This document shows, piece after piece, positions 56,426 through 64,000 of a DNA stretch of 64,000 nucleotides (positions within the stretch are counted from its first letter, which is position 1; every line of letters starts with the position of its first letter). The position numbers were made by a program, and so were the translations under genes. Below the pieces are notes generated by a model that did no database searches, was not told where the DNA came from, and saw nothing but the letters and a program-made list of their open reading frames with translations. The stretch is from the human T2T-CHM13v2.0 reference genome, Homo sapiens: NCBI RefSeq assembly GCF_009914755.1, contig NC_060944.1; one strand, written 5' to 3'.

Positions 56426-56534
56426 ACTCAATTCTTTTCTAAAACACCTAGCCCAAATCTCCATAGGTTTTAATCGAATTATATTATAATTTGGATTTTC
56501 CGGTCTGCCTATCTTCCAAATAATAAAGTTCTTA

Positions 56535-57018
56535 AAATTAATTTTCTATTTCTGCCATAACAATTTACCACAACTTTGTGGCTTAAATCAAAGTCTTATG
56601 ACCCTATAGTTCTGTAGGGCAAACCTCTGACTGTGGTCTTACTGGGCTTAAGTCAAGGCGTTGTCAGGGCTGTATTGCTTTCTGGAGGCTCTAGAGAGAA
56701 TCCATTTCCTTTTCAAACTTTTAGATGCTGTCCCTATTCTTTGGATCATGGGACCATCACTCCATCTTCAAAGCCAGTAATGTGGGATGTCTGTGACCAT
56801 GGTTCTGTAGTCATATCACATTCTGACTGTAGCTAGGAAAGATTCTCTGATTTTATAGACGCAGGTAATTAGATTGGCCCCCAAGATAATCAAGGATAAT
56901 CCCCCTAACTCAAGGGTTAATCACATCTCCAAAGTCCCTTTTGCCCCATGTAAAGTAATATGGTCACAGATTCCACGGACAAGAACATCTTTATGAGGTC
57001 ATTATTTTGACTGTCACA
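56535..57018 (-). mobile_element. MLT1-family LTR
   Basis: ccataacaatttaccacaactttgtggcttaaa...ggaggctctagagagaatcc...aatcacatctccaaagtcccttttgcc. Confidence 0.75.
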
Positions 57019-57339
57019 AAGGCAAAGTCTTGGACTTATGCATATCTAGATTTTCTTTGCTTAATTTCTGAGCCTAGAACACATTAGACTCTAAATAAAT
57101 GTGAATGAGTGATAAATATTATATTTACAGATTGCTGCCACATTACAATTCTGTCCTGCCACTGGTGGTGGAATCCTATGTACTTTTTACCATCTCCATT
57201 TTGCATTCAGACTGAACATGGCTATGTTATTCCTTTCACCTGGGTGATTTGAAACCATCTCTCTATTTCTATTTGTAGAGATCTTATCTATCAAGCCCTT
57301 CTCAAATGCCACTTCAAAAAACTTTTTCTAATCCCCAAT

Positions 57340-57725
57340 TGTCTTAGTCAATTTATGCTCTTACAACAAAATAACACAGACTAGGCAATTTATGAAAAGC
57401 GGACGTTTATCTGTCATAGTTCTGGAGACTAGGAAGTCCAAGATCAAGGCGTTGGCAGGTCTGATGTCTGGTAAGGGCTGTTCTCTCCGTTCAAGATGGT
57501 GTCTTGATGCTGCATCTTCCAGAGACAAGGAACACTGTGTCCTCACGTGGTGGAAGGCAGGAGAGCAAGAGGGATGAACTCCCTCCATGGAGCCCTTTCA
57601 TGAGGGCTCCTAAACCCATTCCTGAGGTAGGAGTCCTGATGGCCTCATCACTTCCTGTAGGCACCACCTCAACACTATCAAATTATCAACGCTGAATCTC
57701 GGAGGAGGCACAGTGAAACCACAGC
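57340..57725 (-). mobile_element. MST/MLT1A-family LTR
   Basis: tgtcttagtc...agttctggagactaggaagtccaagatcaaggc...gtgtcctcacgtggtggaagg. Confidence 0.75.
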
Positions 57726-60269
57726 ACCAATCAAGTATGATCTTTCTGTCCTCAGAAACCCCCTCATATGTTTAGACCTCCCATGCACTTTTATACATTT
57801 TGTCTCATGGTTTCTTCCTGTACAAATAAGGTGCTGTAAATGGATAGCTATAGTTTTGGGTTTCATTTCAACAAAACCCCCTTCCTAGTTTTTTGAACCC
57901 CAAGCAAAATATGAGGACAGGCCCCACCTTCCATTACAAAAGCTGAAAGGGAGTGCATGATCCTTTTTCCAGTTTCTTGGCCACCCACGTGTGGGCACAT
58001 ATCTAGGCCCAGCCAACTGATGTCTCTTTATTAGAACTTGGAACCCGATGAAATGATGCAAAAGACCTGAAAGAATCAGAGATGATTCTGAGAAATTGAG
58101 CAGAGATGCAGGTCCAGGAATGTGGCAGCAAGTGCCTAGGTTCAGCAGAGCCCAGCTACAGGGTGACAAGTGTCAAATGACAACATCCTAGTGGTGGCAT
58201 CCCAAGATCTCCTTCCGTCGAATGAACTTGGCTGTGCTGAGTTTCCCTCAGTTCTTACCTTGCTTCTTCAGCATCTTCAATGATTTTGTGAACTATTCAA
58301 TATCCTTTCATTGAATTCCTGTTTTGCTTAAGTTGTCTAGAATTTGTTATTTTTAGTGAAAAATATAAACCAATTATGCCCTTACATTAAAACACACTCC
58401 ACTGAGGCATCTCCTGTGATCTCATTGGAGAAAAGTGTGGACGTTATTTGTAATTTGACTCAGAATGATAGGATTAGTTTGGTACTAGTAACAACGGAGA
58501 TAAGTAACTAACTTTTTGTGAAACTTCTTCCTGGGGTGAAACAAAATCTATTGTGGAAACTCTTTCCAATCATCTCTGGAAATTTATTAAGTGACCTAGT
58601 ATATAATGATAATTTACCATGATATTTGATAATATAGTTTTGTGTGTTCAGAATAATTTCTTTTTTCTTTACCTTTGAAAATAATGCATTGATACTTATT
58701 TTTCTCCTAAATTGTCTGTTTTTATTTCCATAAAAGGTATTTATTGAATGTCTCCTTACTTTTAATATAACTAGGCATTGTGTGATCAAAGCAAAATAAA
58801 TATGTTCTTGTTTCTGGAATTACTAAAGCTTTGAAAATGGACTTATCGACCTCAAACCAATGGGACATATTCCTACATGGCCTTCTCCCCTGTTAGGGTT
58901 ACCAGGGTAAGTGGTGATTCCTTTTCTGTCTTTTTAAAGATTTTAGAAATGCAGCTTCTTCTGTGGGCCACTAGGTGGAGTACTTCAGAGCAGGGTTTGT
59001 GGGAGTACAAAGCTAACTTCTGCTGCTTTTGCTTGATGCTTCTGCAGCTCCCTTGACTACTGTGGATGATAAGTAACCATTTTCTTCCTCTTCTTTCTTT
59101 TTTCCCCTCACTCTTTGGAGTGAACTTGAAACATTTAGGAAGTTTGTTCATCAACGTATACCGTGTTTATGAAAATCTGGCTAAGATAATATGGTAGGAC
59201 TCCTTTGGTTATAAATAATAGAATTCAAACTCAAACTGGTCTAAGCCAAAAAATATATATTAATTTGTGGACTCGTATAATGGAAAAATCCAGGGTATAG
59301 CTTCAGAATGGCTGAACGCAGGGACTCAGGACTTGGCTCCTCTCCTCTTCCTTGCTTTTTCCTTCCCCATTGATTTTATTCTCAGACAAGTTTTCCCTTT
59401 GTGCTGCAATGTGGCCATCATCACTCCTCCAGTTTACATTTCCTTAGTTCCATAGCCCCAGAATAAAGCAAAAACAGAAACACTTCCAATAGTTTCAATA
59501 AGAGACTAGAGATTGACTTTGGGTGTGAGGCTTGGATTTCATGTCCATCTCTAGTTTCATCTGTGCCAGGATTAGAAGTCTATTCATTGGCCAGGCCTGT
59601 GTCACGAGCTCATACAGGGTTTCCACTGTCCACACAGTGCTTTGCAAGTATTAGAAAATGGCTCCCCTTTCTCCAGTTAGATGCAGCCTTGTATCGGTGC
59701 ATGTGGCTTGGAGAAGAGCATGCAGGCTGGATTTCAACCCCCCTTTCTCCCTTAGCTGGGTTTCTTCCTTGAGTGAACAACATACTTGTTAGTAGCTGTC
59801 CTGTGCTTATTCCTGAAACTGGGGGTGAAATCAGCCCCCACGCGAAAACTGAAGGACAGAAGGTGGCTTCATCTAGGGTATCAGATAATGGCTAATAACA
59901 AAGGGAGGAGACAGTGGGTGCTGTGTAGGCAAAAGGAGCAAAAAATAATCCTAACCTGTCTAGACTTCATCTCAGAAACCATATGCAACCTTCTTCAATG
60001 GAAATATTTAACACTTCAGGAGTGCCAAGAAGGCTATAAGGAGCATATCTCTTAAGGACCTAAGTTAGGGCATTCTAGAATGTATGCTTTATGGATTTAC
60101 CTTATAAATATATAACATTGACTAATACACACAGAAAATATATTGCAGAGTAACATAGATGACAGAACTTGAAATACATGACATTCTACCACAGTCTATC
60201 ATTATTTTCCAACTTATCAAAAGACTCAGAGGATCTTTTTTTTTGTATTGATAAATTTCTAGCCAGAGC

Positions 60270-63200
60270 CCTATTTACTCGTGTCTTGAACAACAGAGTA
60301 TTTGCAAATATATCTGAAGAAGGAAGAGAAAGAAAATGATTCCAAAAAAGCTGATAACATTAAGACAGCTTTTTATAGAAGATGTAAATTTGCAACCACA
60401 AATTAAAAACTTATAGGAGATACACAAAATGTGAAGAAAAATAAATGAAACCAAACCACTACAAGAAATAACCAAACTAAGAAGACAGCAAGAGAGGAAA
60501 AAAAAAAAAAGAACTGCAAAACATATGAAAAACAATTAACAAAATGCAAGTTACTCCTTACCTATCAACAATGACTTTAAATGTGAAAGGATTAAACTAT
60601 CTAATTAAAAGACATAGAGTGGCACAATGCATAAAAGATACTCATCAGTACATATTTATAAGGGAGTCAATTTAGATATAAAGATATATAGAGGCTCAAA
60701 GTGAAGGGATGGGAAAAGATACTCTATGCAAATGGTAACCAAAAAAGAGCAAGGGTATCTATATTTAGATCAGAAAAAATAGACTTGAAATCAAAAACTG
60801 CCACTAGAGACTAAGAAGGTCATTATATAATGATAAAAGTTCACTTCAATGGGAAGATTGTAAATATATATCCACCCAACATTAGAACACCTAAATATAC
60901 AAAGTTAATATCAACAAAGATAAGGGGAGAAATCAGTAACACTAAAATAATAGTAGGCAACTACAGTACCCCAAATTCAATAATGGATAGAACATCTAGG
61001 CAGGAATAAAAAAAAAGAGGAAACAGCTGACTTGAACAACACAGTAGATTAAACACTGACATATACAGAACTTTCCATCCAACAGCAGCAGAATATATAT
61101 TCTTCTCAAGTGAACACAGAATATTCTCTGAGATAGATCAAATCTTAGGTCACAAGGCATCCTACAAATTTAAGAAGTTTGATATAATGCCAAGTATCTT
61201 CTCAGACCACAATGGAATAAAATTAGAATTCAATAACAAAGAAAACAGAAACATTTACAAAAATGCAGAAACTAAACAACACACTCTTGAACAACCATTG
61301 GGTAAAAGAAGAAATCAAAAGGGAATTTTAAAAATATCTTGAGACAAACAAAAATGAACATACAACTCAACAAAACTTACAGGATGCAGCAAAAGAAGTG
61401 CTAAGAGGGAAATGTTACAGTGATAAATACCTACATTAAAAAATAAGAAAGATCTCACTCGAACAACCTAACTTTGCAAATAAACAATTAGAAAAAGAAA
61501 AACTAACTAAACCCAAAGTTAGCATAATGAAGTAAATAATAAAGATTAGAATATAAATAAAATAACTATAAAATAAAAAACAATAGAAAAATCAAGAAAA
61601 CTAGAGTTGAATTTTTGGAAATACAAACAAAAATAACAAACCCTTAGCTACACTAAGAAAAAAAGAGAAACTCAAGTAAATATAATCAGAAATGAAAATG
61701 GAGACATCATAACAAATGTGCAGGAATACAAATGATTATAAAGGACAATTAAGCAATTATATGACAATAAATTGGATAACCTAGAAGAAATGGATAAATT
61801 CTTAGAAAGATGCAATCTACCAAGGTGGAACAAAAAAGAAATAGAACAGACCAAAAGCAAGCAAAGAGATTTAATCAGTAATCAAAAATTTCCCAACAAA
61901 GAAAAGCCCAGGTGCAGACGCTTTCATGGGCAACTTCTACCAAACATTCAAAAAGAACTAACACCAAAACTTCTTAAACTCTTCAGAAAAAATAGAAGAG
62001 AGAATACTCTCAAACTCATTTCATGAGGCCGATGTTACCATGACTTAAAAGCTAGACGAAGACAACACAATAAAAAATAATTACAGACCAGTATCCTTAA
62101 TGAATATAGATGCAAAAATTCTCAATAAAATACAAACTAGCAAACTGAATTCAAAAGCACATTGAAAAGGTCATACACCATGACCAATTGGAATTTATGT
62201 ATGGGATACAAGGATGTTTCAATGTGTAAAAATTAATAATGTGATATACCACATTAACAGAACAAAAGATAAAAATAACATTCCAATAGATGCAGAAAAC
62301 ACATTTGACAAAATTCAATATACTTTCATGATAAAACTCTCAACAAAATAAGTATACAAGAAACTTACCTCAACACTATAAAGGCTGTATATGAAAAACC
62401 TATATCTAATATTATAATCAATGGGGAAAAACTGAAAGCTTTTTCTTTACTATCTGGAACAAGACAAGGATGTCTACTCTCATCACTCCTATTCAACATA
62501 GTACTGGAAGTCCTAGCCAGAGCAATCAGGCAAGAGAAAAAAAAGGCATCAAAATTGAAAGGAAGGATATAGTTACCTCTGTTAACAGAAGACAGGATTA
62601 TTATACATTAAAAACTCTAAAGACTCCACAGAAAATGGTTAGAAATAATACAGTCAGTCTTTCATATCTGCTGGGGATTTGTTTCAGGACCCCCTCAGAT
62701 AACAAAATCTGTGATGATCAACTCCCTCATATAAAATTGTGTACAGTTGACCCTATGTATCCATGGGTCCACATCTGTGGATTCAAAACACCACAGATGG
62801 AAAATATGTACAAGTTAGGTTCATGGTTGATTGAGTTAATGGTTGCAGAACCCATTGATATGAAGGACTGACTATATAATAAATATACTAAAGTTGTAGG
62901 ATACACAATTGACATACAAAAATCATTGCTATTTCTAAACACTAACAATGAATTGTCTGAAAGGGAAATTTAAAAAACAGTGTCAAATAAACTACTTTGG
63001 AACTAACTGACCAAAGAAGTGAAAGACTTAAACACTACAAATTATAAAAGATTGATGACAGAAATTTAAACCAAAGTAAATTGAAAGACAACCCATGGAT
63101 TGAAAGAGTTAGTACTGTATTATTAAAGTGTCCATATTACTCAAAGCAATCTACACATTTAATGTAATCCATATCAAAATCCCAATGGTACTCTCACAGA

Positions 63201-64000
63201 AATAGAAAAAAATGATCCTAAAATTCATATAGAATCACAAAAATCCCTGAGTGGCTGAAGCTATTTTGAGCAAGAACAGAGCTACAGGTATCACAGTTCC
63301 TGATTTCAAATTAAATTACAAAGCTGTAGAAAGAAAAACACTGTGGTACTGGCATAAAAACAGACACATAAACCAGTGAAACAAAATAGAGAACCTAGGC
63401 ATAACCCACACATTTGCAACCATTGATCACCCTGGAAGGTGACAAGGAGACACTATAGGCAGAGGATATGCTCTTGACCAAATGGTGTTAGGAAAGCTGG
63501 ATGTCTACATGTAACAGAATGAAATCGGATCCCTAGCTCAAGCCTTATGTAAAAATTAACTCAAAATGGATCAAACGTTTAAATGTAATCACTGAAACCA
63601 CAAAACTCCTGGAAGAAGACAGGAGAAAACATTCTTGACATTGGTCTTGGCAATAATTTGTTTAGATATGATTCCAAAAGCACAGGCAACAAAGGCAAAA
63701 TAGATAAATGAATTACATCGAACTAAAAAGCTTATGCACAGCAAGGAAAACAACTAGTGAAATGATAAGGCCACCTATGAAATGGGGAAAATGTTTGTAA
63801 ACCATATCTCTTATAAGGAGTTCAAAAAATAAGAAGGACACACACACATCAATTCCAAAATTATAAATAACCTAATTTTATTTTAAGGCAAAGAACCTAA
63901 ATAAATACATCTCCAAAGAAGAAATTCAAATGGCTAACAGGTATAAGAAAATGTGCTCAACATCTCTAAACTTCAGAGTAATGCAAATCAAAACCACAAT
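60270..64000 (+). mobile_element. Decayed L1M/L1MA ORF2 region (EN to C-terminus), runs off the window
   Basis: EN start (ccttacctatcaacaatgactttaaatgtg), [12 protein letters not shown] (ORF 61772), ctggaacaagacaaggatg RT motif. Confidence 0.9.
62651..62874. mobile_element. TcMar-Tigger MITE (MER2-like) inserted in L1
   Basis: TIRs cagtcagtc / gactgacta with flanking TA dinucleotides. Confidence 0.7.

Overview
Hominid (human-like) genomic DNA. It is rich in Alu and L1 and carries a full-length SVA, an element class restricted to hominoids. The window looks like a segmental-duplication copy of the 4q35 FRG1 region. The main gene-like feature is a complete nine-exon, unprocessed FRG1 pseudogene on the minus strand (~14.27-36.44 kb) with its CpG-island promoter. 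Its lesions are a stop at codon 3, a broken exon 1 donor, an exon 2 frameshift, an exon 3 stop and lost acceptors at exons 4 and 9. Exons 5-8 remain open and correctly spliced. Downstream lie a single duplicated MLLT10 (AF10) exon, two palindromic MITEs and an SVA carrying a 3' transduction. Upstream lie old L1, LTR and DNA transposon remnants, plus a ~0.9 kb local direct duplication flanking a second, unidentified promoter-like GC-rich segment with an RFX box. There is no intact protein-coding gene, and the ORF track is essentially repeat- or GC-derived. I see no evidence for a wholly new biological system. The best leads are a possible splice-rescued truncated FRG1 ORF, the SVA transduction and possible exon trap, a templated insertion at a duplication breakpoint, and a candidate spliced transcript from the RFX promoter. 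I cannot say which FRG1 paralog this is without alignment. Repeat subfamily names and reference comparisons rest on recalled consensus sequences.
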